A DNA stretch of 64,000 bases from Eledone cirrhosa (GCA_964016885.1 OZ024743.1:316758001-316822000); one strand, 5' to 3'; positions 1 through 15,700 are shown, counted from the stretch's first letter. The notes: generated by a model not told the origin, from the letters alone. Translations and numbers: made by a program.

Positions 1-3000
1 CATGAACAATTGCACCAATGTTCATCTATATAATGTATGTAAGGGACCTTGAACAATTGCACCAATGTTCATCTATATAACGTATGTAAGGGACCATGAA
101 CACTTACACCAATGTTCATCTATATAATGTATGTAAGGGACCATAAACAATTGCACCAATGCTAATCTTAATAATGTATGTAAGGGACCATGAACAATTG
201 CACCAATGCTAATCTATATAATGTATGTAAGGGACCATGAACAATTACACCAATGCTAATCTATATAATGTATGTAAGGGACCATGAACAATTGCACCAA
301 TGCTAATCTATATAATGTATGTAAGGGACCATGAACAATTGCACCAATGCTAATCTATATAATGTATGTAAGGGACCATGAACAATTGCACCAATGCTAA
401 TCTTAATAATGTATGTAAGGGACCATGAACAATTGCACCAATGCTAATCTATATAATGTATGTAAGGGACCATGAACAATTGCACCAATGTTCATCTATA
501 TAATGTATGTAAGGGACCATGAACAATTGCACCAATGCTAATCTATATAATGTATGTAAGGGACCATGAACAATTGCACCAATGTTCATCTATATAATGT
601 ATGTAAGGGACCATGAACAATTGTATCAATGTTCATCTATATAATGTATGTAAGGGACCATGAACAATTGAACCAATGCTAATCTATATAATGTATGTAA
701 GGGACCATGAACAATTGTATCAATGTTCATCTATATAATGTATGTAAGGGACCATGAACAATTGTATCAATGTTCATCTATATAATGTATGTAAGGGACC
801 ATGAACAATTGAACCAATGCTAATCTATATAATGTATGTAAGGGACCATGAACAATTGTATCAATGTTCATCTAAATAATGTATGTAAGGGACCATGAAC
901 AATTGTATCAATGTTCATCTATATAATGTATGTAAGGGACCATGAACAATTGAACCAATGCTAATCTATATAATGTATGTAAGGGACCATGAACAATTGT
1001 ATCAATGTTCATCTATATAATGTATGTAAGGGACCATGAACAATTGCACCAATGTTCATCTATATAATGTACGTAAGGGACCATGAACAATTGTATCAAT
1101 GTTCATCTATATAATGTATGTAAGGGACCATGAACAATTGTATCAATGTTCATCTATATAATGTATGTAAGGGACCATGAACAATTGTATCAATGTTCAT
1201 CTATATAATGTATGTAAGGGACCATGAACAATTGTATCAATGTTCATCTATATAATGTATGTAAGGGACCATGAACAATTGTATCAATGTTCATCTATAT
1301 AATGTATGTAAGGGACCATGAACAATTGTATCAATGTTCATCTATATAATGTATGTCAGGGACCATGAACAATTGAACCAATGCTAATCTATATAATGTA
1401 TGTAAGGGACCATGAACAATTGCACCAATGTTCATCTATATAATGTATGTAAGGGACCATGAACAATTGCACCAATGTTCATCTATATAATGTATGTAAA
1501 GGACCATGAACAATTGCACCAATGTTCATCTATATAATGTAAGGGACCATGAACAATTGCACCAATGTTCATCTATATAATGTATGTAAAGGACCATGAA
1601 CAATTGCACCAATGTTCATCTATATAATGTATGTAAGGGACCATGAACAATTGCACCAATGTTCATCTATATAATGTATGTAAGGGACCATGAACAATTG
1701 CACCAATGTTCATCTATATAATGTAAGGGACCATGAACAATTGCACCAATGTTCATCTATATAATGTATGTAAGGGACCATGAACAATTACACCAATGCT
1801 CATCTATATAATGTATGTAAGGGACCATGAACAATTGCATCAATGCTAATCTATACAATGTATGTAAGGGACCATGAACAATTGCACCAATGCTAATCTA
1901 TATAATGTATGTAAGGGACCATGAACAATTACACCAATGCTAATCTATATAATGTATGTAAGGGACCATGAACAATTGCACCAATGCTAATCTATATAAT
2001 GTATGTAAGGGACCATGAACAATTGCACCAATGCTAATCTATATAATGTATGTAAGGGACCATGAACAATTGCACCAATGCTAATCTTAATAATGTATGT
2101 AAGGGACCATGAACAATTGCACCAATGCTAATCTATATAATGTATGTAAGGGACCATGAACAATTACACCAATGCTAATCTATATAATGCATGTAAGGGA
2201 CCATGAACAATTGCACCAATGCTAATCTATATAATGTATGTAAGGGACCATGAACAATTGCACCAATGCTAATCTATATAATGTATGTAAGGGACCATGA
2301 ACAATTGCACCAATGCTAATCTATATAATGTATGTAAGGGACCATGAACAATTGCACCAATGCTAATCTTAATAATGTATGTAAGGGACCATGAACAATT
2401 GCACCAATGCTAATCTTAATAATGTATGTAAGGGACCATGAACAATTGCACCAATGCTAATCTATATAATGTATGTAAGGGACCATGAACAATTACACCA
2501 ATGCTAATCTATATAATGTATGTAAGGGACCATGAACAATTGCACCAATGCTAATCTATATAATGTATGTAAGGGACCATGAACAATTGCACCAATGCTA
2601 ATCTATATAATGTATGTAAGGGACCATGAACAATTGCACCAATGCTAATCTATATAATGTATGTAAGGGACCATGAACAATTGCACCAATGCTAATCTTA
2701 ATAATGTATGTAAGGGACCATGAACAATTGCACCAATGCTAATCTTAATAATGTATGTAAAGGACCATGAACAATTGCACCAATGTTCATCTATATAATG
2801 TATGTAAGGGACCATGAACAATTGCACCAATGTTCATCTATATAATGTATGTAAAGGACCATGAACAATTGCACCAATGTTCATCTATATAATGTATGTA
2901 AGGGACCATGAACAATTGCACCAATGTTCATCTATATAATGTATGTAAGGGACCATGAACAATTGCACCAATGTTCATCTATATAATGTAAGGGACCATG

Positions 3001-6000
3001 AACAATTGCACCAATGTTCATCTATATAATGTATGTAAGGGACCATGAACAATTACACCAATGCTCATCTATATAATGTATGTAAGGGACCATGAACAAT
3101 TGCATCAATGCTAATCTATACAATGTATGTAAGGGACCATGAACAATTGCACCAATGCTAATCTATATAATGTATGTAAGGGACCATGAACAATTGTACC
3201 AATGTTCATCTATATAATGTATGTAAGGGACCATGAACAATTGCACCAATGCTAATCTATATAATGTATGTAAGGGACCATGAACAATTGCACCAATGCT
3301 AATCTATATAATGTATGTAAGGGACCATGAACAATTGCACCAATGCTAATCTTAATAATGTATGTAAGGGACCATGAACAATTGCACCAATGCTAATCTA
3401 TATAATGTATGTAAGGGACCATGAACAATTGCACCAATGTTCATCTATATAATGTATGTAAGGGACCATGAACAATTGCACCAATGCTAATCTTAATAAT
3501 GTATGTAAGGGACCATGAACAATTGCACCAATGCTAATCTTAATAATGTATGTAAAGGACCATGAACAATTGCACCAATGTTCATCTATATAATGTATGT
3601 AAGGGACCATGAACAATTGCACCAATGTTCATCTATATAATGTATGTAAAGGACCATGAACAATTGCACCAATGTTCATCTATATAATGTATGTAAGGGA
3701 CCATGAACAATTGCACCAATGTTCATCTATATAATGTATGTAAGGGACCATGAACAATTGCACCAATGTTCATCTATATAATGTAAGGGACCATGAACAA
3801 TTGCACCAATGTTCATCTATATAATGTATGTAAGGGACCATGAACAATTACACCAATGCTTATCTATATAATGTATGTAAGGGACCATGAACAATTGCAT
3901 CAATGCTAATCTATACAATGTATGTAAGGGACCATGAACAATTGCACCAATGCTAATCTATATAATGTATGTAAGGGACCATGAACAATTGTACCAATGT
4001 TCATCTATATAATGTATGTAAGGGACCATGAACAATTGCACCAATGCTAATCTATATAATGTATGTAAGGGACCATGAACAATTGCACCAATGCTAATCT
4101 ATATAATGTATGTAAGGGACCATGAACAATTGCACCAATGCTAATCTTAATAATGTAAGGGACCATGAACAATTGCACCAATGCTAATCTATATAATGTA
4201 TGTAAGGGACCATGAACAATTGCACCAATGTTCATCTATATAATGTATGTAAGGGACCATGAACAATTGCACCAATGCTAATCTATATAATGTATGTAAG
4301 GGACCATGAACAATTGCACCAATGTTCATCTATATAATGTATGTAAGGGACCTTGAACAATTGCACCAATGTTCATCTATATAATGTATGTAAGGGACCA
4401 TGAACAATTGCACCAATGCTAATCTATATAATGTATGTAAGGGACCATGAACAATTGCACCAATGTTCATCTATATAATGTATGTAAGGGACCATGAACA
4501 ATTGCACCAATGCTAATCTATATAATGTATGTAAGGGACCATGAACAATTGCACCAATGTTCATCTATATAATGTATGTAAGGGACCTTGAACAATTGCA
4601 CCAATGTTCATCTATATAACGTATGTAAGGGACCATGAACACTTACACCAATGTTCATCTATATAATGTATGTAAGGGACCATAAACAATTGCACCAATG
4701 CTAATCTTAATAATGTATGTAAGGGACCATGAACAATTGCACCAATGCTAATCTATATAATGTATGTAAGGGACCATGAACAATTACACCAATGCTAATC
4801 TATATAATGTATGTAAGGGACCATGAACAATTGCACCAATGCTAATCTATATAATGTATGTAAGGGACCATGAACAATTGCACCAATGCTAATCTATATA
4901 ATGTATGTAAGGGACCATGAACAATTGCACCAATGCTAATCTTAATAATGTATGTAAGGGACCATAAACAATTGTACCAATGCTAATCTATATAATGTAT
5001 GTAAGGGACCATGAATAATTGCACCAATGTTCATCTATATAATGTATGTAAGGGACCATGAACAATTGCACCAATGCTAATCTATATAATGTATGTAAGG
5101 GACCATGAACAATTGCACCAATGTTCATCTATATAATGTATGTAAGGGACCATGAACAATTGTATCAATGTTCATCTATATAATGTATGTAAGGGACCAT
5201 GAACAATTGAACCAATGCTAATCTATATAATGTATGTAAGGGACCATGAACAATTGTATCAATGTTCATCTATATAATGTATGTAAGGGACCATGAACAA
5301 TTGTATCAATGTTCATCTATATAATGTATGTAAGGGACCATGAACAATTGAACCAATGCTAATCTATATAATGTATGTAAGGGACCATGAACAATTGTAT
5401 CAATGTTCATCTAAATAATGTATGTAAGGGACCATGAACAATTGTATCAATGTTCATCTATATAATGTATGTAAGGGACCATGAACAATTGAACCAATGC
5501 TAATCTATATAATGTATGTAAGGGACCATGAACAATTGTATCAATGTTCATCTATATAATGTATGTAAGGGACCATGAACAATTGCACCAATGTTCATCT
5601 ATATAATGTACGTAAGGGACCATGAACAATTGTATCAATGTTCATCTATATAATGTATGTAAGGGACCATGAACAATTGTATCAATGTTCATCTATATAA
5701 TGTATGTAAGGGACCATGAACAATTGTATCAATGTTCATCTATATAATGTATGTAAGGGACCATGAACAATTGTATCAATGTTCATCTATATAATGTATG
5801 TAAGGGACCATGAACAATTGTATCAATGTTCATCTATATAATGTATGTAAGGGACCATGAACAATTGTATCAATGTTCATCTATATAATGTATGTAATGG
5901 ACCATGAACAATTGTATCAATGTTCATCTATATAATGTATGTAAGGGACCATGAACAATTGAACCAATGCTAATCTATATAATGTATGTAAGGGACCATT

Positions 6001-6350
6001 AACAATTGCACCAATGTTCATCTATATAATGTATGTAAGGGACCATGAACAATTGCACCAATGTTCATCTATATAATGTATGTAAAGGACCATGAACAAT
6101 TGCACCAATGTTCATCTATATAATGTAAGGGACCATGAACAATTGCACCAATGTTCATCTATATAATGTATGTAAAGGACCATGAACAATTGCACCAATG
6201 TTCATCTATATAATGTATGTAAGGGACCATGAACAATTGCACCAATGTTCATCTATATAATGTATGTAAGGGACCATGAACAATTGCACCAATGTTCATC
6301 TATATAATGTAAGGGACCATGAACAATTGCACCAATGTTCATCTATATAA
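1..6350. repeat. Segment duplication 1-~1790 / ~4540-6350 (97-monomer offset)
   Basis: CATAAAC at 142/4681, CTAAATAAT at 872/5411 and the C of TACGTA at 1072/5611 are all offset 4539 = 97x47 - 5x4, with five 4-bp-deletion monomers in between. Confidence 0.9.
2..25. repeat. Imperfect inverted repeat inside each GTTCAT-type monomer (first copy shown)
   Basis: ATGAACAATTG-CAC-CAATGTTCAT: the right arm is the reverse complement of ATGAACATTG, giving a 10-bp stem with one bulged A and a 3-nt loop. Confidence 0.9.
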
Positions 6351-7299
6351 TGTATGTAAGGGACCTTGAACAGTTGCACCAATGTTCATCTATATAATGT
6401 ATGTAAGGGACCATGAACAATTGCACCAATGTTCATCTATATAATGTATGTAAAGGACCATGAACAATTGCACCAATGTTCATCTATATAATGTAAGGGA
6501 CCATGAACAATTGCACCAATGTTCATCTATATAATGTATGTAAAGGACCATGAACAATTGCACCAATGTTCATCTATATAATGTATGTAAGGGACCATGA
6601 ACAATTGCACCAATGTTCATCTATATAATGTATGTAAGGGACCATGAACAATTGCACCAATGTTCATCTATATAATGTAAGGGACCATGAACAATTGCAC
6701 CAATGTTCATCTATATAATGTATGTAAGGGACCTTGAACAGTTGCACCAATGTTCATCTATATAATGTATGTAAGGGACCATGAACACTTACACCAATGT
6801 TCATCTATATAATGTATGTAAGGGACCATGAACAATTGCACCAATGTTCATCTATATAATGTATGTAAGGGACCATTAACAATTGCACCAATGTTCATGT
6901 ATATAATGTATGTAAGGGACCATGAACAATTGCACCAATGCTAATCTATATAATGTATGTAAGGGACCATGAACAATTACACCAATGTTCATCTATATAA
7001 TGTATGTAAGGGACCATGAACAGTTGCACCAATGCTAATCTATATAATGTATGTAAGGGACCATGAACAATTGCACCAATGTTCATCTATATAATGTATG
7101 TAAGGGACCATGAACAATTGCCCCAATGTTCATCTATATAATGTATGTAAGGGACCATGAACAATTGCCCCAATGTTCATCTATATAATGTATGTAAGGG
7201 ACCTTGAACAATTGCACCAATGTTCATCTATATAATATATGTAAAGGACCATGAACAATTGCACCAATGTTAATCTATATAATGTATGTAAGGGACCAT

Positions 7300-10200
7300 G
7301 AACAATTGCACCAATGTTCATCTATATAATATATGTAAGGGACCATGAACAATTGCACCAATGCTAATCTATATAATGTATGTAAGGGACCATGAACAAT
7401 TGCCCCAATGTTCATCTATATAATGTATGTAAGGGACCTTGAACAATTGTACCAATGTTCATCTATATAATGTATGTAAGGCACCATGAACAATTACACC
7501 AATGTTCATCTATATAATGTATGTAAGGGACCATGAACAATCGCACCAATGCTAATCTATATAATGTATGTAAGGGACCATGAACAATTACACCAATGTT
7601 CATCTATATAATGTATGTAAGGGACCATGAACAATCGCACCAATGCTAATCTATATAATGTATGTAAGGGACCATGAACAATTGCACCAATGTTCATCTA
7701 TATAATATATGTAAGGGACCATGAACAATTGCACCAATGTTCATCTATATAATGTATGTAAGGGACCATGAACAATTGCACCAATGTTAATCTATATAAT
7801 GTATGTAAGGGACCATGAACAATTGTACCAATGTTCATCTATATAATGTATGTAAGGGACCATGAACAATCGCACCAATGCTAATCTATATAATGTATGT
7901 AAGGGACCATGAACAATTGCACCAATGTTCATCTATATAATGTATGTAAAGGACCATGAACAATTGCACCAATGTTAATCTATATAATGTATGTAAGGGA
8001 CCCTGAACAATTGCACCAATGTTCATCTATATAATGTATGTAAGGGACCCTGAACAATTGCACCAATGTTCATCTATATAATGTATGTAAGGGACCCTGA
8101 ACAATTGCACCAATGTTCATCTATATAATATATGTAAAGGACCATGAACAATTGCACCAATGTTAATCTATATAATGTATGTAAGGGACCATGAACAATT
8201 GCACCAATGTTCATCTATATAATGTATGTAAGGGACCATGAACAATTGCCCCAATGTTCATCTATATAATGTATGTAAGGGACCATGAACAATTGCCCCA
8301 ATGTTCATCTATATAATGTATGTAAGGGACCATGAACAATTGCCCCAATGTTCATCTATATAATGTATGTAAGGGACCTTGAACAATTGCACCAATGTTC
8401 ATCTATATAATATATGTAAAGGACCATGAACAATTGCACCAATGTTAATCTATATAATGTATGTAAGGGACCATGAACAGTTGCACCAATGTTCATCTAT
8501 ATAATGTATGTAAGGGACCATGAACAATTGCCCCAATGTTAATCTATATAATGTATGTAAGGGACCATGAACAATTGCACCAATGTTCATCTATATAATA
8601 TATGTAAGGGACCATGAACAATTGCACCAATGCTAATCTATATAATGTATGTAAGGGACCATGAACAATTGCCCCAATGTTCATCTATATAATGTATGTA
8701 AGGGACCTTGAACAATTGTACCAATGTTCATCTATATAATGTATGTAAGGGACCATGAACAATTACACCAATGTTCATCTATATAATGTATGTAAGGGAC
8801 CATGAACAATCGCACCAATGCTAATCTATATAATGTATGTAAGGGACCATGAACAATTACACCAATGTTCATCTATATAATGTATGTAAGGGACCATGAA
8901 CAATCGCACCAATGCTAATCTATATAATGTATGTAAGGGACCATGAACAATTGCACCAATGTTCATCTATATAATATATGTAAGGGACCATGAACAATTG
9001 CACCAATGTTCATCTATATAATGTATGTAAGGGACCATGAACAATTGCACCAATGTTAATCTATATAATGTATGTAAGGGACCATGAACAATTGTACCAA
9101 TGTTCATCTATATAATGTATGTAAGGGACCATGAACAATCGCACCAATGCTAATCTATATAATGTATGTAAGGGACCATGAACAATTGCACCAATGTTCA
9201 TCTATATAATGTATGTAAAGGACCATGAACAATTGCACCAATGTTAATCTATATAATGTATGTAAGGGACCCTGAACAATTGCACCAATGTTCATCTATA
9301 TAATGTATGTAAGGGACCCTGAACAATTGCACCAATGTTCATCTATATAATGTATGTAAGGGACCCTGAACAATTGCACCAATGTTCATCTATATAATAT
9401 ATGTAAAGGACCATGAACAATTGCACCAATGTTAATCTATATAATGTATGTAAGGGACCATGAACAATTGCACCAATGTTCATCTATATAATGTATGTAA
9501 GGGACCATGAACAATTGCCCCAATGTTCATCTATATAATGTATGTAAGGGACCATGAACAATTGCCCCAATGTTCATCTATATAATGTATGTAAGGGACC
9601 ATGAACAATTGCCCCAATGTTCATCTATATAATGTATGTAAGGGACCTTGAACAATTGCACCAATGTTCATCTATATAATATATGTAAAGGACCATGAAC
9701 AATTGCACCAATGTTAATCTATATAATGTATGTAAGGGACCATGAACAGTTGCACCAATGTTCATCTATATAATGTATGTAAGGGACCATGAACAATTGC
9801 CCCAATGTTAATCTATATAATGTATGTAAGGGACCATGAACAATTGCACCAATGTTCATCTATATAATATATGTAAGGGACCATGAACAATAGCACCAAT
9901 GCTAATCTATATAATGTATGTAAGGGACCATGAACATTTGCCCCAATGTTCATCTATATAATGTATGTAAGGGACCTTGAACAATTGTACCAATGTTCAT
10001 CTATATAATGTATGTAAGGGACCATGAACAATTACACCAATGTTCATCTATATAATGTATGTAAGGGACCATGAACAATCGCACCAATGCTAATCTATAT
10101 AATGTATGTAAGGGACCATGAACAATTACACCAATGTTCATCTATATAATGTATGTAAGGGACCATGAACAATCGCACCAATGCTAATCTATATAATGTA

Positions 10201-10300
10201 TGTAAGGGACCATGAACAATTGCACCAATGTTCATCTATATAATATATGTAAGGGACCATGAACAATTGCACCAATGTTCATCTATATAATGTATGTAAG
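7300..10300. repeat. 27-monomer (1269-bp) local higher-order repeat, about 2.3 copies
   Basis: CCTTGAACAATTGTACC recurs with its G at 7441, 8710 and 9979. A triplet of CCCTGAAC monomers starts at 8001 and 9270. Offset 1269 = 27x47. Confidence 0.9.
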
Positions 10301-12780
10301 GGACCATGAACAAGTGCACCAATGTTCATCTATATAATGTATGTAAGGGACCATGAACAATTGCACCAATGTTAATCTATATAATGTATGTAAGGGACCA
10401 TGAACAATTGTACCAATGTTCATCTATATAATGTATGTAAGGGACCATGAACAATCGCACCAATGCTAATCTATATAATGTATGTAAGGGACCATGAACA
10501 ATTGCACCAATGTTCATCTATATAATGTATGTAAAGGACCATGAACAATTGCACCAATGTTAATCTATATAATGTATGTAAGGGACCTTGAACAATTACA
10601 CCAATGTTCATCTATATAATGTATGTAAGGGACCTTGAACAATTACACCAATGTTCATCTATATAATGTATGTAAGGGACCTTGAACAATTACACCAATG
10701 TTCATCTATATAATGTATGTACGGGACCATGAACAATTGCCCCAATGTTCATCTATATAATGTATGTAAGGGACCATGAACAATTGCCCCAATGTTCATC
10801 TATATAATGTATGTAAGGGACCTTGAACAATTGCACCAATGTTCATCTATATAATATATGTAAAGGACCATGAACAATTGCACCAATGTTAATCTATATA
10901 ATGTATGTAAGGGACCATGAACAATTGCACCAATGTTCATCTATATAATGTATGTAAGGGACCATGAACAATTGCCCCAATGTTCATCTATATAATGTAT
11001 GTAAGGGACCATGAACAATTGCCCCAATGTTCATCTATATAATGTATGTAAGGGACCATGAACAATTGCCCCAATGTTCATCTATATAATGTATGTAAGG
11101 GACCTTGAACAATTGCACCAATGTTCATCTATATAATATATGTAAAGGACCATGAACAATTGCACCAATGTTAATCTATATAATGTATGTAAGGGACCAT
11201 GAACAATTGCACCAATGTTCATCTATATAATATATGTAAGGGACCATGAACAATTGCACCAATGCTAATCTATATAATGTATGTAAGGGACCATGAACAA
11301 TTGCCCCAATGTTCATCTATATAATGTATGTAAGGGACCTTGAACAATTGCACCAATGTTCATCTATATAATATATGTAAAGGACCATGAACAATTGCAC
11401 CAATGTTCATCTATATAATGTATGTAAGGGACCATGAACAATCGCACCAATGCTAATCTATATAATGTATGTAAGGGACCATGAACAATTACACCAATGT
11501 TCATCTATATAATGTATGTAAGGGACCATGAACAATCGCACCAATGCTAATCTATATAATGTATGTAAGGGACCATGAACAATTGCACCAATGTTCATCT
11601 ATATAATATATGTAAGGGACCATGAACAATTGCACCAATGTTCATCTATATAATGTATGTAAGGGACCATGAACAAGTGCACCAATGTTCATCTATATAA
11701 TGTATGTAAGGGACCATGAACAATTGCACCAATGTTAATCTATATAATGTATGTAAGGGACCATGAACAATTGTACCAATGTTCATCTATATAATGTATG
11801 TAAGGGACCATGAACAATCGCACCAATGCTAATCTATATAATGTATGTAAGGGACCATGAACAATTGCACCAATGTTCATCTATATAATGTATGTAAAGG
11901 ACCATGAACAATTGCACCAATGTTAATCTATATAATGTATGTAAGGGACCTTGAACAATTACACCAATGTTCATCTATATAATGTATGTAAGGGACCTTG
12001 AACAATTACACCAATGTTCATCTATATAATGTATGTAAGGGACCTTGAACAATTACACCAATGTTCATCTATATAATGTATGTACGGGACCATGAACAAT
12101 TGCCCCAATGTTCATCTGTATGATGTATGTAAGGGACCATGAACAATTGCCCCAATGTTCATCTATATAATGTATGTAAGGGACCTTGAACAATTGCACC
12201 AATGTTCATCTATATAATATATGTAAAGGACCATGAACAATTGCACCAATGTTAATCTATATAATGTATGTAAGGGACCATGAACAATTGCACCAATGTT
12301 CATCTATATAATGTATGTAAGGGACCATGAACAATTGCCCCAATGTTCATCTATATAATGTATGTAAGGGACCATGAACAATTGCCCCAATGTTCATCTA
12401 TATAATGTATGTAAGGGACCATGAACAATTGCCCCAATGTTCATCTATATAATGTATGTAAGGGACCTTGAACAATTGCACCAATGTTCATCTATATAAT
12501 ATATGTAAAGGACCATGAACAATTGCACCAATGTTAATCTATATAATGTATGTAAGGGACCATGAACAATTGCACCAATGTTCATCTATATAATATATGT
12601 AAGGGACCATGAACAATTGCACCAATGCTAATCTATATAATGTATGTAAAGGACCATGAACAATTGCCCCAATGTTCATCTATATAATGTATGTAAGGGA
12701 CCTTGAACAATTGCACCAATGCTCATCTATATAATATATGTAAAGGACCATGAACAATTGCACCAATGTTAATCTATATA
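10050..12780. repeat. 29-monomer (1363-bp) tandem duplication
   Basis: CAAGTGC at 10311/11674 and ACGGGAC at 10721/12084. Offset 1363 = 29x47. Confidence 0.9.
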
Positions 12781-15700
12781 ATGTATGTAAGGGACCATGA
12801 ACAATTGCACCAATGTTCATCTATATAATGTATGTAAGGGACCATGAACAGTTGCACCAATGTTCATGTATATAATGTATGTAAAGGACCATGAACAATT
12901 GCACCAATGCTAATCTATATAATGTATGTAAGGGACCATTAACAATTGCACCAATGTTCATCTATATAATGTATGTAAGGGACCATGAACAGTTGCACCA
13001 ATGTTCATCTATATAATGTATGTAAAGGACCATGAACAATTGCACCAATGCTAATCTATATAATGTATGTAAGGGACCATTAACAATTGCACCAATGTTC
13101 ATCTATATAATGTATGTAAGGGACCATGAACAATTGCACCAATGTTCATCTATATAATGTATGTAAGGGACCATGAACAATTGCACCAATGTTCATCTAT
13201 ATAATGTATGTAAGGGACCATGGACAATTACACCAATGTTAATCTATATAATGTATGTAAGGGACCATGAACAGTTGCACCAATGTTAATCTATATAATG
13301 TATGTAAGGGACCCTGAACAATTGCACCAATGTTCATCTATATAATGTATGTAAGGGACCCTGAACAATTGCACCAATGTTCATCTATATAATGTATGTA
13401 AGGGACCCTGAACAATTGCACCAATGTTCATCTATATAATATATGTAAAGGACCATGAACAATTACACCAATGTTAATCTATATAATGTATGTAAGGGAC
13501 CATGAACAATTGCACCAATGTTAATCTATATAATGTATGTAAGGGACCATGAACAATTGCACCAATGTTCATCTATATAATGTATGTAAGGGACCATGAA
13601 CAATTGCACCAATGCTAATCTATATAATGTATGTAAGCGACCATGAACAATTGCACCAATGCTAATCTATATAATGTATGTAAGGGACCATGAACAGTTG
13701 CACCAATGTTCATCTATATAATGTATGTAAGCGACCATGAACAATTGCACCAATGCTAATCTATATAATGTATGTAAGGGACCATGAACAGTTGCACCAA
13801 TGTTCATCTATATAATGTATGTAAGCGACCATGAACAATTGCACCAATGCTAATCTATATAATGTATGTAAGGGACCATGAACAATTGCACCAATGTTCA
13901 TCTATATAATGTATGTAAGGGACCATGAACAATTGCACCAATGTTCATCTATATAATGTATGTAAGCGACCATGAACAATTGCACCAATGCTAATCTATA
14001 TAATGTATGTAAGGGACCATGAACAGTTGCACCAATGTTCATCTATATAATGTATGTAAGGGACCATGAACAGTTGCACCAATGTTCATCTATATAATGT
14101 ATGTAAGGGACCATGAACAATTGCACCAATGTTCATCTATATAATGTATGTAAGGGACCATGAACAATTGCACCAATGTTCATCTATATAATGTATGTAA
14201 GGGACCATGAACAATTGCACCAATGTTCATCTATATAATGTATGTAAGGGACCATGAACAATTACACCAATGTTCATCTATATAGTGTATGTAAGGGACC
14301 ATGAACAATTGCACCAATGTTCATCTATATAATGTATGTAAGGGACCATGAACAATTGCACCAATGTTCATCTATATAGTGTATGTAAGGGACCATGAAC
14401 AATTGCACCAATGTTCATCTATATAATGTATGTAAGGGACCATGAACAATTGCACCAATGTTCATCTATATAATGTATGTAAGGGACCATGAACAATTGC
14501 ACCAATGTTCATCTATATAATGTATGTAAGGGACCATGAACAATTGCACCAATGTTCATCTACATAATGTATGTAAGGGACCATGAACAATTGCACCAAT
14601 GTTCATCTACATAATGTATGTAAGGGACCATGAACAATTGCACCAATGTTCATCTATATAATGTATGTAAGGGACCATGAACAATTGCACCAATGCTAAT
14701 CTATATAATGTATGTAAGGGACCATGAACAATTGCACCAATGCTAATCTATATAATCTATGTAAGGGACCATGAACAATTGCACCAATGTTCATCTATAT
14801 AATGTATGTAAGGGACCATTAACAATTGCACCAATGTTCATCTATATAATGTATGTAAGGGACCATGAACAATTGCACCAATGTTCATCTACATAATGTA
14901 TGTAAGGGACCATGAACAATTACACAAATGTTCATCTACATAATGTATGTAAGGGACCATGAACAATTACACAAATGTTCATCTATATAATGTATGTAAG
15001 GGACCATTAACAATTGCACCAATGTTCATCTATATAATGTATGTAAGGGACCATGAACAATTGCACCAATGTTCATCTATATAATGTATGTAAGGGACCA
15101 TGAACAGTTGCACCAATGTTCATCTATATAATGTATGTAAGGGACCATGAACAATTGCACCAATGCTAATCTATATAATGTATGTAAGGGACCATGAACA
15201 ATTGCACCAATGTTCATCTATATAATGTATGTAAGGGACCATGAACAGTTGCACCAATGTTCATCTATATAATGTATGTAAGGGACCATGAACAATTGCA
15301 CCAATGTTCATCTATATAATGTATGTAAGGGACCATGAACAATTACACCAATGTTCATCTATATAATGTATGTAAGGGACCATGAACAATTACACCAATG
15401 TTCATCTATATAATGTATGTAAGGGACCATGAACAGTTGCACCAATGTTCATCTATATAATGTATGTAAGGGACCATGAACAATTGCACCAATGCTAATC
15501 TATATAATGTATGTAAGGGACCATGAACAATTGCACCAATGTTCATCTATATAATGTATGTAAGGGACCATGAACAATTGCACCAATGTTCATCTATATA
15601 ATGTATGTAAGGGACCATGAACAGTTGCACCAATGTTCATCTATATAATGTATGTAAGGGACCATGAACAATTGCACCAATGTTCATCTATATAATGTAT

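Noticed and set aside
10-34. Promoter-like motifs: TTGCAC..TATAAT, CCAAT and TATATAA
   Set aside because: The -35/-10 spacing is only 13 bp and CCAAT-TATA spacing is only 7 bp. Such motifs are expected in AT-rich DNA and there is no downstream gene.
5-44. SOX-like AACAAT, C/EBP-like ATTGCACCAAT and splice-donor-like GTAAGG
   Set aside because: These are short or imperfect matches that cannot be supported without binding or transcript data.
1-47. No CpG but ten TpG/CpA in the consensus (possible methylation decay)
   Set aside because: Only about 1.4 CpG are expected from composition, so zero is uninformative. CpG-creating variants also persist in several copies.
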